From Acanthaster planci (taxonomy: Eukaryota), in NCBI RefSeq assembly GCF_001949145.1, contig NW_019091357.1, positions 4,116,228 through 4,180,227 of the forward strand: DNA of 64,000 nt. Direction: 5' to 3'. Shown here piece after piece: positions 1 to 53,600 of this stretch (positions are counted from its first letter, which is position 1; each line of letters begins with the position of its first letter). The translations under genes were made by a program, and so were the position numbers. Below the pieces are notes generated by a model. The model had not been told where the DNA came from, ran no database searches, and saw only the letters and a list, made by a program, of their open reading frames with translations.

Positions 1-689
1 GGTCAATAGACCTACGTGTACATACAGTACATGATTGATGTGATTGCAAAGGGTTTGGAACTCAGTACAATACACAGTGACAGTAGCAAGTGTGTGAACT
101 CGGCATTTTGTCATGTATGATGCAGGCCTACGTAGGCCTACATGATCATGGATGTAGGCCTATTGAAAGGTAGACCCATAAAAAGGGTCCTCCGTCATAT
201 ACTGGGCTCTGTCCCAATTCATAGGGATTTCTTTCGAAAAACTTTATTTGGGATATCCAGGGGCATAACCAAACATCCGCTTGATTTTATGAGCTGAAAT
301 TGCACCGGTATGTACTTACAGGGTAAACCATGTAGGTTGCTAATTGCAGAAAACTTGCCTTTTCCTCGTTTGGAGGAAAACATGTTGCCTTGTTGTTGCC
401 GCTTTCCCACTTCAGTTGAATTTTGCCCACTTGCACAACGCTGACAGCTGTTTCGTCACTTTCGTGTCACGTCACAGAGTGCGCGCCACACTACCAATGA
501 TTGGCTGTAAGCAGCATGTGACTAGACAAGGAACCAGCCAAGGGCATTGCATATTAGCTGCACATGTCAGTATAGGACTATATGTGAATATAGTGTACAT
601 GCAATGTTAGAATTCTGGAAATACTTATATGTCAAAGTTTGACAGTCCAGCAAGATTTTCAGTCATGCTGCAGCCATGTGCCTGCCTTC

Positions 690-770
690 CAGAGTTGACA
701 AGGCCAAGTTGACCTGAGACGGAGTTGACTCGGAGTGAGTTGATTCCAGACCAAGTTGGCGACTTCACAC
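690..770. repeat. Short ~15-bp-period repeat with (G/A)AGTTGAC core
   Basis: Five cores at ~14-15 bp spacing: gagttgac, aagttgac, gagttgac, gagttgat, aagttggc. Confidence 0.5.
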
Positions 771-1514
771 CGACTCTGATGAGTATACAGTGTGTGTACA
801 TTAATTGCCATGTTTCCCTGGACCATATCCGAATCTTTAAAAAGGCAATTCGTCGAGTCTAAGTTGCTCAGCCTATCAATATTATGGACTGATCATCATC
901 CTGATGCAGTCACGTCAAATGTCATTTCAAAAATTCCAATGTGCACAGCATGCCGAAGTGAGGCGGGCAAGTAGTAAGAAAACTTTATTTTTTACCTTGT
1001 TGGGCTTATATGGGATGGCCTAGAAAGTAGAAAGTATTACAGCTGCATGTCAGCACATCATGTCATCACACTGTACCGAACGACTTGCTTGGGAAGGATA
1101 AACAATTTGCAAGGTGTGTGCAAAATCTATGCATAGGCCTATACTATATAGGCCTATTGACTACTGTAGTATAACTTTAAAGTTACTCATGTCAGGAGCC
1201 AGAAATGGGCCATGTAGCCTACATGTAATGTATTGTAGGCATGCCTAACTTTGGTCACAGTTGATTGATCCTAGGATTAGGACCATGAATTTTAAGTGTG
1301 GAATAATAAAAGCAAAACACACTGTAGGCCTACTTACTCCGTGTCAGGGAGGTGTGCCAGTGATACGTGTTGTCTGCCTCCTACAAAGTCGCGAAAATAA
1401 ACGGATTAAAGCGACCGCCATGTGCTCACGGACAGCAAAACAAGAAAAGCCAAAGGGCGCCCTCTCGCGTTTTCAGAGAGTAATGCTTTTTAGCGTTCAC
1501 GCGACAAAAGAATC

Positions 1515-2075
1515 AAAAGTGCTCAAAATGGTGATTTCCAAGATTTTCTGCAAAAATCATATCTGCAAGGGTTAGCCTTGCCATTTCAATTCAAATCACT
1601 CAAAGTGATGATTTCAAAGATTTTCTTCCAATTTAACATTAGCAAGGAATTAGCCTTGCCATTTTAATTAAAAGCAATCGAAATTATGATTTCCAAGATT
1701 TTCTTCAAAAGTAATATTTGCAAGGGGTTAGCTTGGCCATTTCAATTCAAATCACTCAAAGTGATGATTTCAAAGATTTTCTTCCAATTTGATATTTTTG
1801 AGGAATTAGCCTTGCCATTTAAATTGAAAGCAATTGAAATAATGATTTCCAAATTTTTCTTCAAAAGTAATATTTGAAAGGGGTTAGCATTGTCATTTCA
1901 ATAAAAATCACTCAAAATGAAAATTTCTGAGATTTTCTACAAAAACAATATTGGAAAGGGGTTAGCCTTGCCGTTTAATTTAAACTAAGCAAAATTACTC
2001 TTTCACTTTGCAGTAAGTAATATTTGCAAGCCCTTGGCATTGAAATTAAAATTCCATTTAAATTAAAACGCTTAA
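1515..2075. repeat. AT-rich tandem repeat, ~78-79-bp unit with dimeric (~157 bp) organisation
   Basis: TTAGCCTTGCCATTT-like core recurs at ~1571, 1650, 1728, 1807, 1884 and 1962; alternate units are more alike; an orphan unit lies at ~2430-2510. Confidence 0.85.
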
Positions 2076-3413
2076 GGGAAGCCTTGACATTTTTTCGGAA
2101 TTAATCTGTGATAGGACTTTTAAGCTTTTCAGTTCATGGAGCAACACACAGACGGGAAGAAATTTTGCATCACAGAATGTATTTTATTTTGACTTTTTGC
2201 ATATTTCACGATGAACTGCATACAATAAATAAAAACCATACAAGTGGTGCTCTTGGCAACAGTACACCTACAAAATCTGGCTTGAGTTGAAGGCTTCAAC
2301 TTGAATGAGACTGCAAGAGCAAAAAGGTCACCTCTAAACAGAGCAGAATCCCATAGTCAGTGCCAATATGTAAGAGACTATTATAACAAAATGTAGCCTT
2401 AAAGAGGGAATTTCTGAGGATCCAAATGTTAAAGATTTCCTACAAATTGAATATTTGCGAGGGGTTAGCCTTGCCATTTCAATTAAAATCACTAAAAATG
2501 ATGGTTTTTGCAAAAATTATACTTGCAAACGGGTCATCTCTAAACAGAGCAGAATCCCATACTAAGTACCAACATAAAGGGGCTATTAGAACAAAATACG
2601 AATTCTAAGATCCCAATGATTTTAAGTGCTTTCGGAACAAGTTTCTGGTTATAACGAGGTAATCCAGTTGGTCTCACCAAATTCTGTTGCAATGAAAGCT
2701 GACTGTGTAGCGAGGCCCCCCTGAAAAAGCAACATGACATCACAGGACAGAAACTTTCAAAAACTGACCTCTCTAGCACAAAACTCAAAGACTCCATTGC
2801 GTTAAACTGATGCATGAGCGATGAAAAGGGAATGGTTTTTGTCGCTGATAATTTAATAACTTTCAATTTGACTAGAGACTAAAGTGAACTGTATTCATTC
2901 GACCTGTGATGGACTTCACGGGTTGAGTCCTTTTACAGTAAAAATGCACAGTCCTTGAGCTGAACTGGGAAAAACAGACGGACTTGAGGCTTCTGGTGCA
3001 TTGGTGCAAACGTAATTAGCTCTCGCCGACGGGATGCACAAAGAGATCACGAATGTTGGCAATGTTTGCATGAGTGGAATATTGAGTAGTCTCCGTGGTA
3101 GACTCCCCCACCCTACTTCCCTTGAGCTTTCAAGTCAGGGGTTTGTTCTGAGAGTACTAGTTACAAATGAAGAAACTCATATGGGTAGAGATCTTGATAT
3201 ATGCCATGACAATAATTCTAGCGAATTCATGATGATGCATGCTCAAACAAGGACAGCTCAGTAGTTAGTCATGGTGGAGCGGTGCAACGATGAAGTTCAC
3301 CATCAGTTATCTTCTATATCCCCATGACCTTTCGACAGCAAGACCTTGTAGACTCAACCAAAAAATTCCTCATCACTACTTTCCCCTAGAACACAAATGA
3401 TGGATGTCTGGGA

Positions 3414-44298
<40,885 letters not shown>

Positions 44299-44299
44299 G

Positions 44300-44800
44300 T
44301 TGCTCCTAAAAAATCGCTCACCGGAAGCCACTTCCCGGACTCACTTCGATCCAATGCGCAAAGTTATCGGTATTAACTGGTCCAACTCCTACCACAGTTC
44401 GCCGTGTTTCGTCGGTTACCAAACGACGGCACGCACTTACAATATCTAAGCCGGTATTAATAACACTGCTTAGGTGGGTGTGCATAATTTTACACATTAT
44501 CGCACCGGCCGAGGTGGCCTTTGTATCTGGGTAAAGAAGATTACCTCTCTACCTTCAAATTGACAAGAAGGATTTAGGAAACTTCTATCAAGGGGATTTT
44601 TTTCACAGCGGAGGCATGCAGGATGCATGTACACAACGACGCGTTGCGCGTATGCAGTGCGCGACAGTATCGGTTTAGAACCTCGTGGAATCTTTCAGGA
44701 GCGTATTAACGCGCAGAGTGTAGGGAGAGGAAGCGGGCGTTTGCGTATTTCATTTGGCACTGCGCACGCAGCGCGACAGTGCAATCGCAGTGGGCATGGA
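44300..44800 (-). promoter_or_regulatory. Putative 5' UTR / proximal promoter of the kinase gene
   Basis: CpG-rich. Inverted ETS-like pair CCGGAAG-CCA-CTTCCCGG (44321-44338), CCAAT (44351), X-box-like GTTTCGTCGGTTAC (44406-44419), NRF1-like TGCGCACGCA (44761). Confidence 0.45.
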
Positions 44801-47800
44801 TGATTGTTTTGCACAGATTTGAATCCCCAAATCCCCTAAGTTTTCCTGATCTGGACCCTCAGCTAACACCAACGATCGCATCACTCGAGATCCATTGGAA
44901 AATACCGACCCTGCAAATTATTTAACAATGTGCCCATCTCGGCCCCCGAGAGGAAATCACGTAACCGATCAAATGCCTGCTTTTTCTTTTTCTTCCTCAA
45001 TGGACTGACTACCAACATTCACTTTTCACTTTTAATCCTGTGTCCTGCAGGCGGCACGACTGAAGAAACAGTAACGATTTTATTTCATAAAAAACGTGGG
45101 CCGTGCATGGTTTTGACATTCCCAACAACATCATTTTGTTAAAAACAACTCTATTTGCCACAATCGGCGGAAAATCACCAATTTCAAAACAGGACTGTAA
45201 CATTGTGCAGGCTAGTACGAGAAATAAATTGCGAATAAAGAATGCCCACTGAAAAGAGCATGGGGGTTATGGCGGCATGTGGATCAATACTGCGCATCTT
45301 CCGCAAAACAAAGTCCGATGAATTTGCTACAACTCGAAAATGTGCCCTATTAAAAACACACAGACAGATAAATTTGACTCCAATTTGTGGGTTGGCATTA
45401 GAACTGAAACATGATGAAACATCTTATCACTACATAGAATCTGACATTCAACGCGTTATCTCGCTCACTAATTCCTATAATCCGTCTCATCATTCGTGCC
45501 AGGCCTGAGCCTTCAGTAGTTTTCTCGGGGAACCCACAACAGAGTTTTCCTTCCTCCCCCCCCCATCACTGAAGTTGCGGTCATGAATTAGACAGACTGA
45601 CATTTTGCATCCGCTCTTAGGAAGAAGAGAAAATCTATCACACTGGAGGTTGCTGAATGCCCTCCTAAAAAGGGAAGTTGGTGTCGACAGGAGACTGTAT
45701 CTCTTCTGGTTCTGCGATTGCCTCAAACTTGGCTGGCAAGACGCCGAACAAGTAAAGAGCACCGTTTGAATGATATACAGCTTCGGGGTGCAAACAATCG
45801 GCCAAAACTGGGCCTCTTCTTCTGGACATACGTGCAGCCATGCAAGGGAGCTACTTCTGTTAATCGAGGCGTAGAACTTAGTGATAATAGTACTTTCGTT
45901 TTGGGGGGATGGGGGACCGCTGACGCAGCCGCGTGCCGGTGTCGCGACCCGTCGTGGGTGCCCCGTGGCACCAGTCCCGTGCCGGCACGAGGCAATGTTT
46001 ATTGTCTCAGACAAGGGTTTAGACTGGCATCTGCCGGGAGACACAATAATTGTCAGGGTGAGAAAGGGTGATTGATAAATTGCGCCGATCTGCCAACAGA
46101 TCAACTGTAAATCAAAAGCGAAGGGGGGCGAAACCCGGCCACTTGACAGGCTGTCCGCTTTATTCGATAAGTATCAGGTCATGAGCTCACACCTGTCAAG
46201 TTTCCTGACGTCGCAACAGCTATCACAACGAGGATGGAAACATGGCGTCACCGGACCAGACCAGTTTGCTTGTCGTAAAAGCCGGAAAGCCGAAGTTCTT
46301 GAAGAGAATTTAGGTTTGGCGAAACACGTCAGCCTATTTACACATCACAGTAGTTTTTTTCTCTCGAAGGTATTAACAACTTAAAGTAAAAACTCTCGCC
46401 ATCATTGAGAAAAACAGCTGCACACTCTATTTACACGACTTATAATCTCTGATTAGTCCTTGAAATAAATAAAGCACCAAATGTGCAATGTGCTTTTTAC
46501 CAATCAATTCATCCTCTTTCATGTTTATTTACCATTCTTATAGTCTGTGCCTCTGGTGCACGCCATCCATCGACAACTGACAATCAGAGATGGGATCAAC
46601 CAATCCTGGCTGGTCACGCCTGACGACCCTGTGGCACGTCCAACCAATCAAATCGGTGTCGGGGATAACATTCGACCAATCACAACTTCTGGTGAGCTTG
46701 ACGGGGACAAGATCGATCGCTTAGCCACTGCCATCCTTGATTACGGGCGTCCATGTTGATCTTGTCCAAGTAATTAAAGAGCAAGGGAATGATCATGGGC
46801 CCCTGACTGTCGTAAACTGTTAGAGAACGTTGTCCATTTCCAGCATATAGCATTCCAGGCATTTGACAAGCCTGCGGGTGTGGGGACGCCGGGCACCAGC
46901 GGCGAGGGGAAATGAACGGAAGCGTGGATGCGTCAGCTACAACTCGGCAATTTCCTACATGTGTGTATAAATAAATACGACCATGATGGGGCTGGTTTTG
47001 CGGGGACCATCTCTCAACATAAACCAACAATTGTCCATGAAGCTCGGTGGAAAGAAAAGCAACAAAAGCGCAGAGAAAAAAATGCAGCCTGGATCATCCT
47101 ACATGTACCGAGGTTGGTTGAATGTGGCTGAAACTAAGACAGCTTCTTAAATTACTGCGGAGGAACGAACGGGAATTTTATTTCCAGCTGTACATGAAAC
47201 CGATACGCTTTTAAACCACGAAGTCCAGTGATTACGAACCAGTCTCCCGGGAAGTCACTCATCAAATGCTATACTTTTCGAGATTTTTATGTTCTATCAT
47301 CCACTACACTTTTTTTCACACCCCTTTCCTGGCCATATCCATGTCTCAAGTAGACTCCCCAAGTTAATACTCCTGAAAATTTAACAATTATGCTATACAC
47401 GGCTTTTCAGAAACAATTTCCCGGTGTCACATCTGTAGGTTTCTTATGCAGCGGGGCCGGCAGGGAGTAATGACCGACACAAGGAAATTTTCAGTCGGTG
47501 TACATATTCAACCTTTCCGTCTTGGAAACCAACAACTTTTCATGCGTCGTACCTCAGGTACATTTCAGGGTCAACGACCAACATGATATTCATAGTGACC
47601 AGACTAAAGACACAAGAAACCTCGACCTGGGAAGCCACCGTAGAGGTGTCACCAGACCAGGCAGTTTCACACAGCGCTGCCAGATCTTCTTGCATATTAG
47701 TAATTACTGGCAGAGTGGGGAGTCCTTCGTGTGCCTTCCATCAAACTATGCAGTAGGTTATATCTGCCCAGCAACAACCGAAACACATCCCATTCCTCCA

Positions 47801-50583
47801 AGTCTGCATGATGTAAACTCTGTCTGAGAGGACTCATTCAGCACTAATTTCCCAATCTCTGACAGCGCTGCTAGATGCATCTGCAGCCAGCTGACGAGAC
47901 GTGGCACGCGCATGCTGCGTCTTCCGGTCACGTGGAAATGCTTGTGCAGCATTAATTCTTGTTCTAACATCATTTCATCTATGGGGCGCTGGTAATCGAA
48001 CTCCTCGCTATAAGTTGGCACCCGCTAAAATTGAACACATGCAAGTATATATGTCTAGTAATCCCTTTCAATAACACGACTTTCATGCCTACATACATGT
48101 ACACCGAACATACACCGCTCAATGATAAATGATCTCACTTTTCTACAAGGCTCTAGCTTCGTAAATCTCTGAAACTGACTCGTGGCGTCATTCAGTTTTT
48201 ATTCCTTGGTGTAATCTTAGTAATAGTAATTATCCGTAATAAACAGTACAATCACACTGTTATTTTTCACTTTAGTCTCATGGGTACGTTCATTACACAT
48301 AGGCCTATAGGGCAGACCGTCATTTGTTCTGTGTAGCAAGATTGGGGAAAAAACGCTTACATATTCGTGTAGGCCACTGTGGTTGCTAGACATCTAACAC
48401 GATGAGACAGCACATTATGAATTATTGTAACATGGTCATGCGATAGTGTCTTTAAAGAATCCCCCCTGTGCTTAATTGACAGTTCTTTCCACCTGCAGAT
48501 GCAGCATGTATTTAAACACTTCTTCATTATCCTGATGAATTAAATGATTCATTTTTGTTCTTTATTGTACTATCCTATTAAACGTATACATCCGAAAGTG
48601 TACATGCAATCCTTTACAAATACAATGTACAAAATGAGATAGTATTTTAAAACACTTTTTGTACCCACTTGTTAACACATTCCATCCATAAGTTTACATG
48701 CATGTAGTTACATTGAACTGTTTCTAAATGCTAAGCGGAGTTCACAATGCTAAGCGGATTTCACAAACTAAACGAGTAGGTTACCACGGAAAAATGCTTC
48801 ATTTTTAAACACATTTCAAAGCAAAATTTCATCGGATGCCGCAAGTTATTAAATGTATTAAAAGATAGGTGCAAAAAGCATTTAAACTCTAATCGCTGTT
48901 TAACAGTGAATGATTTCAGTCTAGTCTCTACATACTCTTCGGTCCGTACAAAATGTAACGTATGTCATGCACAATTAAGACGTGGATCTTCGACCGAGGA
49001 AAGCAAATGCCCGATCGTCTTGCGAAATTCTCAAGTCCCAAGACCTGTTGGCGGATTAGATCCGTGAAGATATCCAGGCGCCTTTCAAGCTAGACTTGGG
49101 ACAGTTGAAACATGCCGTCACTTGTCATGTATCTGGTGACATCAACCTGTGGACGATCGGAAGAGGTCGATGCCACGCTTTGACTGATGGCCGGACAGTT
49201 ATTAATTGATCTCTCGTTAAACATCCTTTTAAAAGGAGTGTTTGTTTTCCCAGCGGCTGTTCGATCGACTTAATTGGTTCACTTGATGGATAGGCCAAAG
49301 GCAAGCAGAGGGAGGGGGAGGGATGCAGAGCGTCATGGCACTCGATTAAGCCAGCTCATTGCATCAGCGATGAGACGCGACGAAAGGGAGAAGTTGCGTC
49401 AAACAGTCGTCGGGGTAAAGGCGTCGCTTGGCTTGGCGCATGTCTGCCACGTGCCGGGAAGAGTGACGTCACTGAACGTAGCTTTAGGTGGCTATGCTCT
49501 GGACATGACACGGACAACACAGATTAAACAACTTGAAAAAAAAGATGTCTCAATTAAAAAAATGTCATTTCTACTTGAAGCAGTCGCAAACAGCCACAGT
49601 TCTCTCTTTTGGTAGAAATGCACTGGAGTCGAGTGGAGACAAAAAGAACATCGGTGCGAAGCAGTAGGCCCCATTGGAAATTGACATTTGTAGTTCCATT
49701 CGCACCGTTCATGTCAGGAAATTTGATGAAGAATATATCGCAGACTAATTAATTGTATACTGGCATGCCTTAATTGTACAAAAAGGCATCGCTGTGTGTT
49801 AAAGGTTACTTCAGACGTGGTTTGTTCTAGATTTGGACATCATGGCTCCTTGGAGACTCTCTATTTCCAGCCTCAAATAAATGTTAAGCACACGGTTTAT
49901 GACCCATTCCAGTTAAAACTATTCCTGGAAAGAAAAGTATCATGACAAGCATGCACCGACCTCATTTCAACACAGCCCTCATTTTGACAAGATGTAATAT
50001 GCTGAGTCAGGCACCATGGTGACGAATGTGTGTGTGTCTGCAGAGGCGACTGCCATAAGTCATTACGCGATAAATGACAAATGTTCACTGCGCGGTGACC
50101 CGCAGGCAACCGAGAACGTGCCGGCGGACGTGCCGCCATCACGGAGCAGACGAGATGTCAAAACACAGACTGTCGATGCAGCCGACGGTTTCCCGCCAAA
50201 AAAAACTGACGTCACGTAAAAGACGAGTCCGTCCCGTGGCTCTACACGAGATCCCGCGAGAGTTGGAGTCAGATCCCGGGATGCTTCAACAAAGATTAGG
50301 CCACCTAAAAGGGCTCGGCTGGGAGATGCACTTAAAAGTAACTCACTGATACCGCGAAAATACGGAGTTGGAAGGTGTACCACTCTGATTAAACATCCTC
50401 GTCTCATTTTCACTGATACTGAAAACAACAACGAGGAAGTGATGGCAGGGACACCGTCCTTCCATCTCTGTCACTTCATCTCAATTCGTTAATCATGTTC
50501 CCTGACTGCACTGGGGGGGAAACAGCATTAAGAGCTTTAAGGCTATGCTGCACCGGAACCCACTTTCTTGATAAAATGGCGAC

Positions 50584-50671
50584 NNNNNNNNNNNNNNNNN
50601 NNNNNNNNNNNNNNNNNNNNNNNNNNNNNNNNNNNNNNNNNNNNNNNNNNNNNNNNNNNNNNNNNNNNNNN
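50584..50671. other. Assembly gap (88 N)
   Basis: Run of N. Confidence 0.99.
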
Positions 50672-53600
50672 TCAGTGCACCCTGAAGAGTGCGGAAAATG
50701 GCGACATGTTAATTACGTTTTTTTAATGGCAGGGCGTGGGCTCGACTGCTAAGGTAAACTACCAATACATCATGGCAACTTGTAGTGGTGCAATTAATCA
50801 ACATTACTGTCGAGGTTGCACTTTATATAGTAGGTTAAACAAATTTCCAAGCCCCTAATTTAAGTTCCAAGACATTTGACACTGTCAGACAAGTAGGTGG
50901 GTTCTTTAAACTTGAGCACCGCTTATTCTAATGCTGTTGCTTCGACCGCGAACTGAAGTAAATCAAACGCGTTTGAAAGTGGAATTCCTGAAACTGGAGT
51001 TCGGGAACCAAAGTTCCTACCAATTACCATGACACGATGATACTTATGTCACACTTAAACATTAATTTTCAAGCACAACATGACAGTCGCTGTGGCCTGC
51101 GCAACTAAATGCAACAGAATGTGGTCCCCGCTCCATGCCACCTCGAAGACTTTGAACTTAGAACCTTTTAACATAAAAAGTGCAACATCGGACGAAAAGA
51201 CCTACATCGAAACCGGCTGCCACCCCTGACTGTCGACGCGAAAATAGCAAAGGTGCTACACCCAGAATAGCTGTATTTTGAGTGGGTCAAACACTCAGCC
51301 CAAACAATTTTGACAAATCTTGTGACAAATGACAGTGGTACCACAAAGCGTAAAAGATCGTCTGGCAACGTCTGGTTGATAACGCACTTTATCGCAAACT
51401 GGCACCTGGGGTGGAGTGGATGTAATCAATTACTAACAAAACGGTATTCATTTACAGTTTAATCCGCACTGTATGAGCACAGAAAACTGGCATGTCGTGT
51501 GCAGCGAGCCCTTCTTACCTCACATAAGGTGGACAATTTTCCTAGTCCCAAAATTGTTTAATTCACGTTGATTATGAAAACGCACCTCTGTACTGTTGCA
51601 ATTGAGGCTTGTATCGATCGCTGGTGTTCTGTGGCCGAAGGTGAAGAGTTGAACGGCTCTGGGACGGCGTTTGCCACTCGGTTGACATTTGGCGCATTTA
51701 TTTGCATATTTTTCGAGAAGTTTTTCTCTTCCCTTTCGACTTCTGCCTGGAATTGATGGATGGCGGGCACCAAGAAGTACAAGGGGGTCACAGGGGCGAA
51801 CCCACACCCACCCAAAGGCCCAATGCGTTCAGGAATTCGCTGTCTCCGTGTCTGCAAGTAGCAATAAGCTGCACGGGGATTTTCTTTCCATGCTTCTTCA
51901 ACCAATATTTTTGACTGTCTGGCGGGCCAATAATATATCAATGCTGAGCGACTGTACCTGCAGGTATCCCCTCCCGGTTTTGACACTTTTAGAATGCGTC
52001 TGCGACTTATCAAAGTCACACTGCAGGGCGTTTCTTCGCGAAAAAATAATAAGCATAGCTCTCTGTAACACACTGTTGACTTTTGGGCAAAATTGTATAC
52101 CCTTGCGACACATAAAACTTAAAGAACTGCAGTTTCAATACAAACTGCATGTGAGCCAGTGTACAGCTACGGCGATTAATACAATTCCCAGGGGAGTCTG
52201 CTAAGATGGACTCATGTACATGTAAAAAGCCACTTGTCACTGTTTTTTCAAAAGTCGTTTGTCCCATGTTTGTCTACACTCGTAGCAAAAATGCAAGAAA
52301 AAATCAAGGTCTGTGAAACCATGGGGGTAGTTAACATGGACACATTTTGCCACGGTATAAAGCATCTGCAATAATGCTCTCAGCTTGAAAATTGCGCGCC
52401 TGCTCTCGCGCTGTTTCAAAATACACGTCCCGGGAATTAATTCCATAATTCCACCGTTTTTCTTTCCTGACAGTCAACGCCTTCAGGAACTATAAGCTAC
52501 CGGCGGCGGATCGGAGGTCACGTCCTTGAGTCAACTTTCAGGGGGGAAAGAATGCCAATTATCCGGCAGAGATTTACGACAATTTTGGGGTCGGCACAAC
52601 ACACTCGGGCCGACTTCAGTTGCTGCGCCGAAACAACATGATTGTTGGACAACGTGGGCCCTCAAGTACCGCCAAAACACACCTGCAAACATTGTAACCG
52701 ATAAGGCCCCTGTTTATCTTGAACAGATCATACCTGTACTTTTTCCCCCTCCTTTTTTACTCGGTTGAAGTGCCCCGGTCGAAGCTTCCCGCCGAGTGGC
52801 GCGGGCTGACAGTTGCCCGGGACGACGGCGGTGTTCGGGGCCGGAATGCCGGCAGGGCGTCTCAAGTACATGCCACCCCCTTTTTACACCAATAACCAGC
52901 GTGCTCATGGAATACCTGGGTCAGCTCAGCACTCTTAATGCTCCGCGAACAAGCACCTATGTGTAATTTGATATGAAATGACAAGAGTAGGGGTTTTTAA
53001 GAGCACGAAATTTCAAAGAACGGATTTTTCTGCCACCCTTGAAAAACGTTTACACTTGAAAAATGTTTTCACGAACTCACTGTGCTTATGACTTCGATTA
53101 CTTCTGAAATACACTGGTTATTACGGATTTTACATTTGCAGAAAACTCAAGGACTGATCAAATTAATTACTGTATGCATTCAAAGATGCAATTGCAACCT
53201 GCCATTCTATTTATGCCGACGAGGTTTAAATTTTTACCCCCAAAGTCTTGAATTTTCCCAAACAGTCGGAGGATTCGCGACAGTTCTGGGAATCCACTTC
53301 CCAAAATAGACCTAGTGGCCAGCGACAGAGAACACCGGCTGATCTTTAAACGATGTGAATCCGAGGTCACGACACCAACTCGAGGTCAGAGCTGAAGAGT
53401 GACACTTTGCACATTCCTCTCATTACTGCACTGACCGAAGAAGACTGCCTGGACTCGGCACCAGCTTCACATCCTCTCACGGGGTCCACAATGAGATCCT
53501 CCAAATGACATTCGTATTAGATTTGACAATATCCAAACCATAAAGAAATATTTCAATACTGACATCAGTAAGGGTCTGGATTCGTTTCGTATCATCTAAT

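Noticed and set aside
45490..46104. 204-aa minus-strand ORF and overlapping ORFs
   Set aside because: No recognisable motifs, non-ATG start, and stop-poor GC-rich sequence open in several frames.
50572..50705. AAAATGGCGAC (YY1-like) on both sides of the N gap
   Set aside because: Too short and interrupted by an assembly gap; cannot separate a real repeat from an artefact.
51520..52267. Cluster of 171-aa ORFs on both strands
   Set aside because: No family similarity or consistent splice structure; consistent with chance or a repeat interior.
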